DNA of 64,000 nucleotides from the NCBI RefSeq assembly GCF_009914755.1, contig NC_060936.1; one strand, given 5' to 3'. Below, piece after piece: positions 1-14,500 of the stretch (the first letter of the stretch is position 1; each line of letters starts with the position of its first letter). Below the pieces are notes generated by a model. That model was given only the letters and a program-made list of their open reading frames with translations. It did not search any database and was not told where the DNA came from. A program made the position numbers and the translations under genes. The DNA comes from the human T2T-CHM13v2.0 reference genome, Homo sapiens.

Positions 1-330
1 GCCAATAATCCCTACTACTTCCCACTTCCTCGTGCCTGAATCCTACCTATTCTTTAGGCTCAAAAAAATGCCATCTCAAGACTCTACAAAGCCTTTCATG
101 AGCTCTTGAGCTGAAAGTTCTCTCTCCATGCTTTCAAATCCTCTGTCATTGTATATGTATATCTTAAGGCACTAACTTTTTCCTTCCTATTGTAGTAATC
201 AGGATACATAATTTATCTTGTGAATTAAACCTGTCTTGTTCACCTGCAGGTCCTTCAGATGATAGGTTCTCAGTAAACATATTTGAAGTGAGTAAACACT
301 ATTTTTAGTTGTTGAGTGCATGAATAAATA
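1..330 (+). mobile_element. L2 3' fragment
   Basis: TGTCTTGTTCACC...CTCAGTAAACATATTTG...GAATAAATAA resembles the L2 terminus. Confidence 0.55.
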
Positions 331-3094
331 CATACGTATTAGATGTTTGAGTGTTCCATATAATCTATCCTCTCACCACCATGGCGGCTACACACTCCAC
401 ATCCACGTTCCAGCCTCCATTACTTTGGACAGAATTGGCAATGAAAAGTGAAGAAAACAAGAAGGCAAGAAAACTCAGGCTTATGTCAATATATTCCTTT
501 CTTGAAAAATACGTAAAACAGAAAAGAAAAGGTTAAGTTTAAATGGAACTTTGATGGGTAAGAAAAGGATTGTGAACGTTTTTTGCTGCAGGAAAGATAT
601 TTTTGCTCCTTTAAAAATATTAAGAATCTTATTGAAAGGGGTCAAGTGTACCTTGTTTGAGCGTCCAACAATAGGGGCTTTCTATTCACAGCACATTTCA
701 TACTTGCTCTATTGCAACCCAACTGTTTTTCAGTGAAGCCATGTGCCTTGATTATATTATCACTGCCTTTTGAAGACTCTCCTGAGGCTTTTTTTGAGAG
801 CAAAACCCCTTTCAGTTTCACTCCAACATGCAGGAGAAAAGGTAAGTGATGTGAATTCCACGTTGGGGTCATTAATATCACGTGCTGCACTGAGTGGGAC
901 TTCACATCCCACTCAGGGACTTCCCTTGGCTGTGTGGACAGAGGGCTGCACCCCTGCCTGACAATCTCCAGCCCCAGAGACCATACAGGCAGGTCCCAAT
1001 CCTCCTCCTAGCAGCACAGACAGTCAGATATGGGGGAAGAGCACAGTTACAGGATTCTTGGTCATTTACTGAGCCTGTAATATCCTATTTATTTCACCAA
1101 GATGTGGTCAATACACTCCTCTAGTTCTCTTATCTCAGTTTTCTCATCTGGAATATAACCTGCATGGAGAATCCTTGTTTTCCATTCCGTAGAGTATGAT
1201 ACAAATTCTGAGGATTTAACTTACTTTTTTTCCAGTTGAGTCACCATCTGAGATACTTCTGCCACCTCAAAAGCCACAAAGAGGGTGTGGTTCATACCTA
1301 TTAGATGACCCATTAGGGATGAGGGTCATGTCAGGGATATTCCTTTATTTTGTTATTTCTGTAAATATTCCCTTGCCTTCCTCCAACTGAATGTGCTGTG
1401 GGTCTCAATGAAGCAGCTCCCTACCGGAAGGGTCTGGTCACTCTCATTGGCTTTAGGAGAAGGGATGGGAAGCAGAAATCATTTTCCAACCTTCACCTTT
1501 CTGGACCAATGACTGTACACCCAGGATAGTTTGCAGAAAGCTATTAAACTGATCATCTTTCAGTTATTTTCTAAGCATCTATTAGCCCCTGGCCTTGCTA
1601 CCTTCTCCTCTAGGTATCTCCCAAAGAAGTGAGGCATCCCATGCACAATTCCTCTTTTCTCTTCTCTCCAACTTGCTGTGGCTCTCTCCCTTTAAAGCCT
1701 CCTCCCTTTCGTGTCTCACCTCCCTTTTCTTGCCTAGGATGTGCCATCTTCCCAGTGATGAACCCCCATCCCTTCAGGCTTCTTAGGCCTGAAACATCCA
1801 CTTAAAATCCCAATGACTTTGTCTAATTCCTCCACTTCTGTTGCTTCAGTAAAAAGGAGGAACACGTTCTAATCTCAGTGCTGGCCAACTCAAAAGGGTG
1901 AGATGGGTGAGGTGGGGATGGAGTTCTGGACTCCGTCCAGAGTATGGGGGTCAGAGGAAGAGAAATTGGGCCAAAGCAGGCTTTACTCTGGACTGTGCCC
2001 ATTTTTCTCCAGAAATAATCTGAAACCAGTACATTATACTTTCATGAGAATTAATATCATTCTGAAGACCTCTGTCTGGTCTTCATGAGAAATTTGTATT
2101 CCTTTTATTTAATTTCAATTCTTGCAAGATAATAATCCTCATGTTATTATGTTAAAGGAGTATTTGCCCCTTCCCTACCCTGTGCTTTATTCCAGTTTCA
2201 TCACATTTGCTGGCAGGCAATGGTGCCTTGCCCAAATCAATTTTATTGAACACGTCATGGTCCTTCCCCAATTGTGATAGGGAAGCGGGGGCATCCCCTC
2301 AACTATTCACATGTAAAACGCAGCTCTGAGCTCCAGGAAGGTGATGGATTTTAAACCTATAATGCATCCATCAGCATTGTTAACGAGCACCCAGATGATG
2401 GTCAGGTTGCCCACACGTGCACTGTGCTGTGAGTACTGATGGGATGGGCTTCCCCAGTCATGTCGAGACTCAACCCCTGAGTCTCAGAGGGGATGGAGGA
2501 GAGTGCAGAGGTTTGCTGCCATGACACACTTCATGAAGAATGTATTTTCCAACTGTCACTATTTCAGGCCAATGATCGTACACCCAAGAGAGCTTGTGGA
2601 AAGCTACTAAACCGATCATCACTCAGTCATTGTCTAACAGTCTGTTAAGACTCACCATGTGCCAGAACATATTAAAGTGCCTTCATGGGCAGTGCAGACA
2701 GGGAGAGGCACTGGGAAGTCTTCCTGTCACAGAGGGATATGGGGTTCTGTTCAAAGTAGGAACAAACTTTATTTCCTCGATGTTATCAAGAGCCTCACCA
2801 CTGACGGTTCAGGTATGTTTATCTTTCCTTTGCTCTTTGTCCTGAGACACCTTGTTGAATGCTTTCTGGCCTTTAGACTGTGAAGAGGCAGCCAGGCTGG
2901 GATGATGAGAGCACTGGATTGCAGGTTTGGATCAAGGCTGTGGCCCTGGCCCTGCCACTAGCATGTTACTCTTAGGCCACATCTCTTTACCTTTCTGGAC
3001 CTCTGTTGTAACCAAGGTGCTTACATTCCTTCAATACATATCAAGAGCCAAACCCAAGGACCACAGAATTCTACTCCCAAGATTTTATTCTACA

Positions 3095-3318
3095 GAATGT
3101 TTTTCTCAGCCTCATCATTACTTATTGACATTTTGAATCGGACAGTTCTCTGTTGCGGGAGAGGTCTTCTGCCTTGTAGAATGCTTAAAAACATCTCTGG
3201 CCTCTACCTATTAGATGCCAATAGCAACACCTCCTCCAAACTTAAGACAATCAAAGTCCCCAGACATTGCCAAATATCCCCTGCAGGACTACATCATCCA
3301 CAGTGGAGAACCATTGTC
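3095..3318 (-). mobile_element. MER20 (hAT-Charlie DNA transposon)
   Basis: TGGCCTCTACCTATTAGATGCCAATAGCA and CAGACATTGCCAAATATCCCCTG...GAGAACCATTG match the MER20 reverse complement. Confidence 0.85.
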
Positions 3319-3685
3319 CTAGGGTATCAAAGGAAAGATGGTTGTATCTGCAATTAGGTCTGTGGCAGCATTGCATGAAAACAATTTGCATTAATAGCAG
3401 GAAAAGAGTTAATAGAATTATGATACCTTCGTTTGATGGCATATCCTATAGTCATTAAAGATAAAAATAAGAAATTGCATATAAACAAAATTCATATATT
3501 AAATTATCTTATATATATAAGCAGAACATTACAACAGTGCAGCTGTGTAAAAATACTCTGGGTTGTAAAATCTGAGGATTGGAAAGAACCTTAAAGGTTA
3601 ACTTACCAAACAATCTATTTTCTGATCCCCAGGTCCCTTAGGAGATGTTTTCACTAAGGGGGCATATATCTCCTGCCTAAACCCC

Positions 3686-4146
3686 TCTATATTCATTGCC
3701 TGTGGCTGCCACAAGAAATCACCACCAACTTCACAGTTTAAAACAACAGAATTGTTTTTCTTCCCATAGTTCTGGAAGCTAGAAGTCTTCAGAAGCCACG
3801 CTCCGTCTGAAGGCTCTAAGGGAGAATTCTTCCTTGACTCCTACACCTTCTAGTAGCTCCTGGAATTCCTTGGTTTATGGCAGCATCACTCCAGTCTCTT
3901 CCTCTGTTTTCACATGGCTTCCTTCTCTGTTTCTGTGTCTCAAATCTTCCTCTCCTCATTCTTATAAAGTCATCAGTCATTGGATTTAGGGCCCTCCCTA
4001 AATCCAGGATTATGTCATCTCCATATCTTGAACTTAATCACATCTGCAAACACCCTGTTTCCAAATAAGGTCACATTCACAGCTACGGGGGAGTTAGGAT
4101 GTGGACATATCTTTTGGATAAGGGAGTCTCAGTTCAATCCACAACA
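3686..4146 (-). mobile_element. MLT1 (B/C-like) MaLR solo LTR, inserted in a CR1/L3-like fragment (~3570-4240)
   Basis: AGTTCTGGAAGCTAGAAGTC...TTTCCAAATAAGGTCACATTCACAG...CAATCCACAACA. Confidence 0.85.
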
Positions 4147-4676
4147 TAGGCTGTTGTTGATGATTAACTTCATTCCTGAGGCTGCATCTTCTATTCTTGG
4201 GCAGCTTTGAAGCAGAATGTTCTTCACGTTGCATAGACATCCTTCCATATGCATAATTATTACACATCTGAAGAAATGTCAGTAATTGGAGTGGTTGGGT
4301 AGAGAGATTGAAATAGCTTGTTTTTATTTAGATATACATTTTTTTCCAGCTAAAAGTAAAAACCTGCTTTATCTTTCCTCACAGGATTAAGTCACATAGT
4401 ACATGTGAAAGAGCTTTGTAAATTTTGGGCCGCAAAACCAATAAAGGGAATCTCATTGATGATGACATCTTCATTTGGCAGATGTGTATCTGTTTGGTGT
4501 ATAATACCTGAGAAGCCTCTCTTTAAGCCCAGGCTTGGAGCATCTGCAAAGGAGGATCATTAAAAATATACATTTTTTGGAAGATGAGATTTGCTATTTT
4601 AAAAATATTATTAAGTAATAATTTCTACTTTTAAAAAGTCATCATAAAAATCCAAATTTGTGAATTTACTTTTAAC

Positions 4677-4694
4677 TATTATTATTATTATTAT

Positions 4695-4726
<32 letters not shown>

Positions 4727-4728
4727 TT
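4677..4728 (+). repeat. Compound (TAT)n(TAG)n trinucleotide microsatellite
   Basis: Directly visible. Confidence 0.95.
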
Positions 4729-5800
4729 GGAATGAAGACTTTCCAGCAGGCATTTTTCCACGTTTTCACCAACCACTTTTCACTGCTTAAGGCTTCGAAG
4801 AGCCCTCTCCCAGTCAGGGGGATGCAATGATCAAAGCAGTCTGTTCTTATGAACAAATCAATCAAGAGTCACCCCAGCTTCCCATCACACAGGGACCAAT
4901 AACTTTTTTCCTGTCCATTCATTCTTCTTTCACTTCCTTTTATTTGTCTTTCTCTGCCTTTCCCCCAGTCCTATTCCCTCATCAATTTCTTTCACTCTCT
5001 TTCTCCTCTTCTTCCTTCCTCTCCTCTTCTCCCCATTCCCCTTCTCTGCTCCAATTTCTGTCCTGTTCTTCTCCCACTTCCCAGCAAACAGGTGTCAGAC
5101 ATCTGAGTCAAGCACAGAAAAGCAGCTCCTCAAAGTTATAACAGGTAGGGCTGATTCAACATCTCACTTGGAACCTTCAGGGCCTCAGAAATACTCCCAG
5201 ATCCCTCTCCTGACACATAAAGCACATTCATGCTAACACGTGCCTCCTTCTCCACCTCCCAGACCCACCCAGTGACTACTTCCCAGGGGTCTTGAGGTGC
5301 CTCCTGCCCTGTGGCTGTACGGAGGGCAGCACTGGAACCTCGGGTTCAGGGCCTGTGTGGGTGGTTCACTTATGTAAGACATCAGCTGCCCTGAAAGAGA
5401 ACTGGTGAGCCCTGAAAGTGGCTGGCAAGGCCAATCTTCAGGCCTCAGCAGCTCAGCATTCACAAGTGTTGCACCAGCCAGCCAGGGACACCTGGAATAC
5501 GGGAGAGTTGCCCCCTTCACTCTCTTAAGGCCGGTGACCAAAATTTTCTTATTGGCCAAGTTTATTCAAACATTCTTCTTCCCTTGCAGACATGTGACTG
5601 TAGACATTTGCTAAAGGTCTTTTAAGTTAAAGGTCTCTTACCACTGGGTGCAGGGTCAAAATTTGGGTAACAGGAAATTGGTCTTGGCAGTCAGAAGAAA
5701 CGTTGCTATGACTCTTCTAGATAGTCTGGGACCAGGAGCTGTTTCAGATGTTAAGGAAATCCCAGCCTCCCTCATCTGCACTTCCCCAACACACACACCA

Positions 5801-5929
5801 CTGGAACCTCTGGACCACCAGCTGGAAGTCTAGTTCCAGTATTACTGTGAACCTCTGGAAGTCTAGTTCCACACTGCTGGAACCTCTGAATCACCAACTA
5901 GAAGTCCAATTCCAATATTACTGTGAACC
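5801..5929 (+). repeat. Diverged tandem duplication, 76-bp period
   Basis: CTGGAACCTCTG...TATTACTGTGAACC at 5801-5853 and 5877-5929, with an internal CTGGAAGTCTAGTTCCA sub-repeat. Confidence 0.85.
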
Positions 5930-6112
5930 CACAAGATAACTCTTCAGATGTGGGACCTCATTTCCCCATTATAGAGGACAAGCACCATCCCTTCTTTCTC
6001 CTTCCCTTGAAAATAAGCCCATAAGAAGACAGCAAGTTACAAGAAGACAATAGAACCATGGATGGTGGAGCACTAGAAGATGCCTTGGCCACACAGCATA
6101 AGAATTCTGCGA

Positions 6113-6886
<774 letters not shown>

Positions 6887-9261
6887 CTCATTAAGAAAAT
6901 ATGACCTATCAGCAGACAATTTCTGTATTACTAAAACACCCCAACTCTTGTCACAGAAACACACAGGTTTTGGAGTCAGAGAGACCTGGGTTTGAATCTC
7001 ACCTCTACCACCTTTCAACAGAATGTCCTTGGGCAAGCTGTATAGCCTCACAGCCTCTTCTTGCCTAAAGAAAGGAGAATGTAAGACCATCCTTCCCAGG
7101 GGGTTCTGGAGAGCAGATGTGGTGAGGCCCAGAGTCTGGTTTATGGCAGGCTTTGATGAAACGCTGGTATACAGCTGGCATGCAAGAAATGCTGGCTTTC
7201 TTCACCCTCCCTCTCAACTTCCTCTTCTCTTCCCCCCTTCACAAAATGCTCTGGTGGTTCTTCCTAGAGATCTATAAAATCACATCCAAACTTTGTAACA
7301 AACGTAGAAGACCGTTCACATTTTGCCCACCACTCACCCATTTTCCTTTTGAATCAAATTTCCATCAATTTTCCTCTAAAAACCTGTACTTTAGGTACTT
7401 CCTTATCCCAGAACCAGCCTTCTACATACTAATCCTAAATCTTTAGCCCTGCTCCCCACCCATGCCCATTCGACACCCCCTGCACCTCCCTCGAGCATCC
7501 TTACTGCGTCATGTCTGTTTCTGTTAGGCCACTGAGCCATCCAGATTCAGCCACAGAGCACCAGGATTAGGATGATAAAATGATCTGTTTTCAGGGTCCT
7601 TGATCCCTTCACTCCTTCTTATGCCTTCCTTTCCTATCCCCTGACTTGCTTTTCCCCAGTATTAACTAGCTCCCAACACCCTCCCTCTCCACTCCCCACA
7701 ACTCATTCACACTGTGGTATAAAACAATGGCAACAGCCTAAAATATTGCCTTCCAAAGAGGACTCAAAATCCTAAACCTAAATAATGAATTGAATGCATC
7801 ATCAAACTTGGAAACACAGGGCCTTTCCAATGGCACCCAGCCATCCTGCCGTCCAGGTGTGTTTGCCCTTAGGCAGGTGAGGCAGCCCTCCCCCACCAAC
7901 CAACCAGTCCCATTGTTGCTGCCTGGCTTTTATCTGCCTGACTCTGAGATTTGAACACCACTGGGTCTTGTCTCCCTGACTCCTGGTCTCCTTCCCCACC
8001 CAGCCTTCTTCCTCATGTTTCTTCCTGCTACTTCATGTTCTAATTGCTCTCAGGAGTGGGGGACCGGGGATCATCCATCTTGCTCACTGGGTATTCAATT
8101 AGAGCCGACTCAGCGCCCATCTTCTTCCCTCCGCCCTCCCTCCCTCCCCCAGATGTCGCCCTTCAGGAAGCAATATATAACACCCTCCTTCGACGGCAGC
8201 CTGCTGGCCACCCGCCATTTCCAGGCTGAGTCCCCATTAACTACGCCAAGGCAAATGAATAAATAAATCTCTAAGGAGGGAAAGAAAGAGGAAGAAGTGC
8301 CGGTTCAGAGCTAATGAAGGTCACCTCCCAGCCAGGCCTCCCATTCCCCCTTCTATGAATTGGAGCCCAGGACTGAGGAGGCAGCTTCCTCCTCAGACAA
8401 GAATCCTGCACGTGTCTGTTAGCCTGTGAATGTGTGTCCTGGGTCAGTTCCAGGAACACACCATATTATCACAGCTTTACTGTTAACTGCTTAGCTTAAT
8501 TTGTTCTGCACACGTAATGACAGCTTAGGAGCAGAAAGGTACCGTGGTTCCTGTTGAGACAGACAATGCCTACTCAGATGACCAGTAAAATAATGTGCAG
8601 TATTGGTGGGGCACTGAATCAGTGGTCACTGAGGGCTTCATAGATGCGGCAGTATTACCATCGTGTCAGGGATGGGAAAACTGTCTCACCAAGATCTGAG
8701 ATGATGGTGGAGCTCGATCTACTCATTCCTATTTGAATTTTCATTTATTGACAATATTTCCCAGAAAAGGGGACATACACAGCTGGGAATGTTTGGCTTT
8801 GTGCCAGAAGGTGCATGAAACCATAGTATACATGAGATACTTCTTGGATGGTCAATTTTACTTGATTATAAGTAACTTGAGATAATTTCATATTAACAAT
8901 GGTAATATTATGTTAGATTGATATATGATGTAATATATTCATATACATACATATATTATGAAATAGAAAAAATGCTCATGTTAGCTTTCATGATTAAGCA
9001 GATGACATCACAGTAATTTCTAGCTTGTTTTCTCTTTAACACTGGTTCCCACGGGGACACTATCACTCTCCCCTGATTTAGCAATGGCTCTTGATAGGTG
9101 CAGTTTGAGATGCTCTGTTCCCAACATCCCCAGGTTGATCTGATGAACTGACTCTAACCAAAGGATCCACCACCTCATGTAGGATTTGTCATTGAGCCCT
9201 TGCAACATGTGAGTAGAATGTTCACCCAGAGCAGGCCCAGCCTAAATCTGTTGTCTTTTAG

Positions 9262-9652
<391 letters not shown>

Positions 9653-9659
9653 TAAACTG

Positions 9660-10590
9660 GTCCTTTTCCCTAATTCAAGCCACCATCATTTCTTCTTGAA
9701 CTATTGCCAACAGATCCCTAACTTTTATTTCCTTTTCACCCTCGCATTTCCCCTATCTCCTTTCCATACATCAACAAGAAAGACCCTACTAAAATATAAA
9801 TGGATGGTTTCACTCCTGAAAATGTCCCATTGCTGTGAGATAAAAATGAAACTCCTTCATACAGCCTCCAAGGCCCTAGGCGGCCTACCTCTGCCTTTCA
9901 AATATCCTCAGCTCCTCCTGGCTTCCTCCACCCACTAAGCTCCAGCTAGTCTCTCTCTTTATGATGCCTTGAACCTGCCAAGTCCCTCCTGCCCCAAGGC
10001 CTTTGCAGAGGCTGTGCCCTCTGCCTGGAGACCCCCTCCTATACTCTTTTCATGCCTCTTTTTCATATTTTATAGCATAGCTAAGAAGCTACTTCTTTTC
10101 AAAAAATATATTTTTAACATCATTTTCATAGCACTACTTTCAACTCACTGAGAAGAAATATGATCTGTACTAGTTGTGACATCTAAATTATACACAAATT
10201 TTAATAAAGGCACATTTTAAAATATTTAGTATACAAAAAAAACTCAAAAACAGTGGTTGTGAAACTTTGTTCCCTGGAGCCCTAATTCTTCTGAAAAGTC
10301 TTCCCAGATCACTCAGTTTAAAAGAAGTGCCTTTTTCAATTGTTTTTTTAGATGGATTTTTCCATATAGCAATTAGTAGTTGTGGGATTAGTATTATTAT
10401 TAGCAGTAGTAGTTGTTGTTGTTAGATATTTAATGTCCAACTTCATCTCTAGTTTATAAGCTCCTTGAGGACAAAGATCATGTCTATTCTGCTCAGCATT
10501 GAATACGCAATGATTAGCCTAGGACCTGCCACCTCGAGGGTGCCAAACATTGTTTTGCTTTATGAATAAATGAGACAATGAATGAACTGT
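9660..10590 (+). mobile_element. L2 fragments
   Basis: CAAGCCACCATCATT, GGCCTTTGCAGAGGCTGTGCCCTCTGCCTGG, TAAGCTCCTTGAGGACAAAG and a terminal AATGAATGAA. Confidence 0.75.
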
Positions 10591-10789
10591 CTATAAATGC
10601 CACTTTGGATTGCACGGGTTTAGTCAGTGGGACGGCAATTCTGATTCCTTTTCTAGATGAAGTCTGTTTAACCGTGGAAGAACAGCAGTCAATGGATATT
10701 TTCTTTGTGTGAGTTTTTTAGGTTACCCAAGCTATCCTGTTAAACAGGAATTATTAGTTTTGAATTCAGATTTTAAATAATAAGTAAAT

Positions 10790-11030
10790 ATAGCGTGAAA
10801 ATTAAGACTGTGGGCTTCGGAGTTAGCTAGATTGGAATATCAGTCTTGATTCTGTCACTTACTAGCTGTGTGAGCCAAGCCTCAGCTTTCCTATGCGTAA
10901 AGCAGGACTAATAATAGTACACCAGTTACAGGGTTTTTTGAGCATTAAATAAAACAGTATTCCTAAACTACTTAGCACAGCATTTGGCCTTCAGTATGTG
11001 GTCAATGAAGATACACTATTCTTATTTTTC
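10790..11030 (+). mobile_element. MIR
   Basis: TCTGTCACTTACTAGCTGTGTGA...GCCTCAGCTTTCC...TAATAATAGTAC core. Confidence 0.8.
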
Positions 11031-11067
11031 TTATTAGGCTCAGAGCAGTACCTGTTTTTTCAACCAT

Positions 11068-11560
11068 CGTGCTAGAGACTGCTAACTGCTCCCTAGGATT
11101 TACTTTCTTTCTTTATTTTAGTTGTATAATCAACACCACTATCCCACCACCCACTGTCAGTACACACACAAAAGTTAGCTGGACACATTCCCACATAGTT
11201 ACAGACTATATTTCTCAGGATTTGCACATGGACATAGTCCACAACTCGAAGTTCTTGCCAATGGAATGTAAGAACAAGAAAGGTGCAATTTCTATGTCAC
11301 TTGGTTAAAGGCAACTGCTTGTCTTCACTTCTTATTTAAAAGAGAGACTTATTCAAGACCAAGTTTCTATCATGCAGAGGAGGACAACACCTGAGGGAAT
11401 GAGGGAGACACAACGTGAAAGAAATCTGGGCCCCTCTACGACCTCAAGGAGCAAAGCTGCCCTGCTCTTCTGAGCCGCTCGCCTCTGGACTGCTATAAAG
11501 TAGAGAAAACACTTTATCTTATACAAAAGATTATATCTCAGGTTGTCTTGTTATTGCAAA
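11068..11560 (+). mobile_element. Old ERVL-type LTR (LTR16/LTR33-like)
   Basis: GACTATATTTCTCAG...AAGTTCTTGCCAATGGAATGTAAG...CTCGCCTCTGGACTGCT; subfamily uncertain. Confidence 0.55.
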
Positions 11561-14500
11561 TGCTGCAATTTTTATGGCCTCTTCTTGAGAGTCTTAGGAA
11601 AAAAACTGATTGCATCAATATTAGAATCACAATCCTCTCACTCAAATTCTCTCACACAGTATGGTGTTAAGGAATGTGTGAAAAGTGAAAAGTAGTGGCT
11701 GTTCTCTGTGATGTCAGCTTTGGAAAATGAAAATATGCATCCACTTTACTATCTCATCCTAAACCCATCAGTCAGACACCAGTCCCCACTCTATCGCAGT
11801 AACTACGAGACTTTGGCCAAGTCATTCTAATTTCTGAGTCTCAGTTTCCACATCTTTAAGAATGGGTAATGTATTACCCTGCCAACCTTATAGACCTATG
11901 AGTATCATATAAAGTAAGCAGTAAACTGGAAGGTGCCATGCACTGAGGAATGCTGCTGATGCTTTTCACCTCATTCCTTGGCTCCAGTACTCAGCAACTC
12001 TGAGGGGGTCTACTCACCATGTGTCCCAGCTGGGCTGGGGTGGCCCTTCTGGTTAGAGGAATAGGCAGATGTTTGTCTCTCAGTAAAGGAGATCATCCGT
12101 GCTTTGCACACTTGCCTTTCTTCTAGCTATTTAAGCTTTTTCTGATGCAGATGCCACCCTGGAGCATACCTTACTGTGAGCTTGTGAAGTGGCTCCTAGA
12201 ACATATTTTCCGGCTAAGGTAGAAGATGTTTCCTAGGGAGGACACCAGAACAGGAGAAATAAAGTCATAGAAAAAACAGTTCCTGGACCGGGAACCCAGG
12301 CCCAGCCCTGACACTGAGTCTCTCTGCTCCCATGGACCAGGCACTTTTTCTCTCCAAACCTGTAATCTAGAAAGTTTCTTTTCTAGTTCTAAAAATCTGT
12401 GATTCTAGGTACTGTGAAAACAAAAAATAAGAAAGTAAGGGTAAAGAAAATGGAGTGGAACGCTAATAGATGGGAATTCATTCATTCACTTACTCATTTA
12501 TTCATTCATTCTTCCTTTGTATCTTCTAGCAAGATGTCATGGAGCCCCTATTAAATGAGAGGCGGGGACTGCTCACTCTCCCAGACAAGGGGGTGAGGAA
12601 AAAGGATCACTATTTGCTAGCACCAAGTAAAGCCCACCGTTGTCCACTGTGCAGTTAATTCGGACCAGTGCAGGTAGCCAGATGACAGACTGAGAGCTGG
12701 ATTCACAGGTTCCATTCACTCATCTCTATATTTCAATGTGACCCTGAAGCAACAGAGGCTAAAATAAGAGCAATAGGAAAAATCACCCCTGTTTAAAAAT
12801 AAATGATGAATACAAACCTCACACCATATTGGATTCCAAAGACCACAGAACTGCCATGCCAGAACCAAAAAGATAAGGCAGCAACATATACAGGATAGAG
12901 CTTGAACTAGAAATCTGGGTTGTTGCCCGTGATCTGTCACCAACTACAACATTGGTGTAGCTCTGATCAAGGTACCTTCCATCTCTGAGTCTTAGTCTCC
13001 TGTTCTTTAAAGTCTGGCCTGAGCTTAAACTGGATTTTCTCCAAGGCCTCTTCCAGGTCTAATGTTACATGATCGGTCGCTGATATTATTCCATAAGGTA
13101 GTATTCCCTTCTAAAAACAGCAAAACACAAATTCCTCAAAGCCAAAGGCAACACCTTTGTTTCCTTTGCATGGCTGATTAAATTAATGCAAACCAAGCAG
13201 GCTTTCACCGGAGAGCCTGGGAAATTGCCGGATATTTGGGGAAGATTACTGAGGTTAGTGCACAGTTGTCTTTGGCTAAGATGTGCAGTCCTTCAGAGTT
13301 TTCTTGGAGTTTTGATTAAGCATAAAATAGAGAAGCTCAAGCTATGTAGACTCTCTAACCAAAAATGCTTCTCAAGAAGGGCTCTTTTATCACTTGCTAT
13401 AAGGGAGGTATATTTATTCTTTGAATCATTTTTTATATCTCCATTCCATTCTTTGTGGTCGCATAAAGCACACACATCTATTTACAGCCCTTCAAGGTAA
13501 GTACAATCGTCCCCCTTTTATAGATGAGGAAAACAGGACTAACAGACATGAGCTAATTGGCCCAAACTGGAAAATTGAAATCCAGGTCTTACTGATTCAA
13601 AAGCCTGAGCTTTTCCACAAAATCAATGGTTCCCAAGTAATTCATTCTAAAACTAATGCTTGAGACACATATGAATTTGGAGGAACCTTAGGAATCCCTG
13701 TATTAGCCACACAAAAGAATAGCAGGGCTTCCTGGGCCCATGGAAGAAGGTGACAAAGAATAAAGGTGGAATATAATGTCCGTGCTACATCACATATGAC
13801 ATGCTCTGACTTAGGACGCTTAAAATTGGGAGCCTAATTTTTGGTCTTGCTTCTCTAGCCCATTATTTCTAAAAATAACACATTTTTACTTTTCTATATT
13901 TCACAGGATATGGCAGAGTCTCCTTGAGAAAAACAAAGCAAAGATGCTTTGCAAGTAAATATATGCTGAATGAATGAATTACCACAAGTTATTCATTCTC
14001 TGTTCATTAATTAATGTTGCTTCATTCATCAGCTGCATTGTCCAATTTACTTTAGCAGACCGGCTGTCATCAACTCCAGAGAGCTTATGAAGGGTTGAGA
14101 TAATTAGTCTCAATACCCTTAAGGAGAAGTGGAGGTACAGTCTTGCTCTCTTGAAGAATTGCACACTAAGAAACCACAAACCAGCATCTAAGTGAGTTAT
14201 TGACTGAATATGAAATGATCAGATTGATGCATACTTAAATGTTGCAACTGCATAGATCTAGAAGGGAATGTGTTTTCCAAAGTAGATGGGATGTTCCTTT
14301 TGCCATGCTAAAGATGTAGGTCTAATCAGTCTTCTCTCTGAACTCTTAGCGAGATGGAAATTCTGCAGCAGGCTGCCTGCCGCCCGATGTGCCCAGCAGA
14401 GCCGGCTTAAAATGCAGGAAACACCTGTGGTATATTCTAAGAGGGCCCCTTCCCCTTAAAATAATCTCTTCCCCATTAGCCTCTGGCAATACTTGGCATG

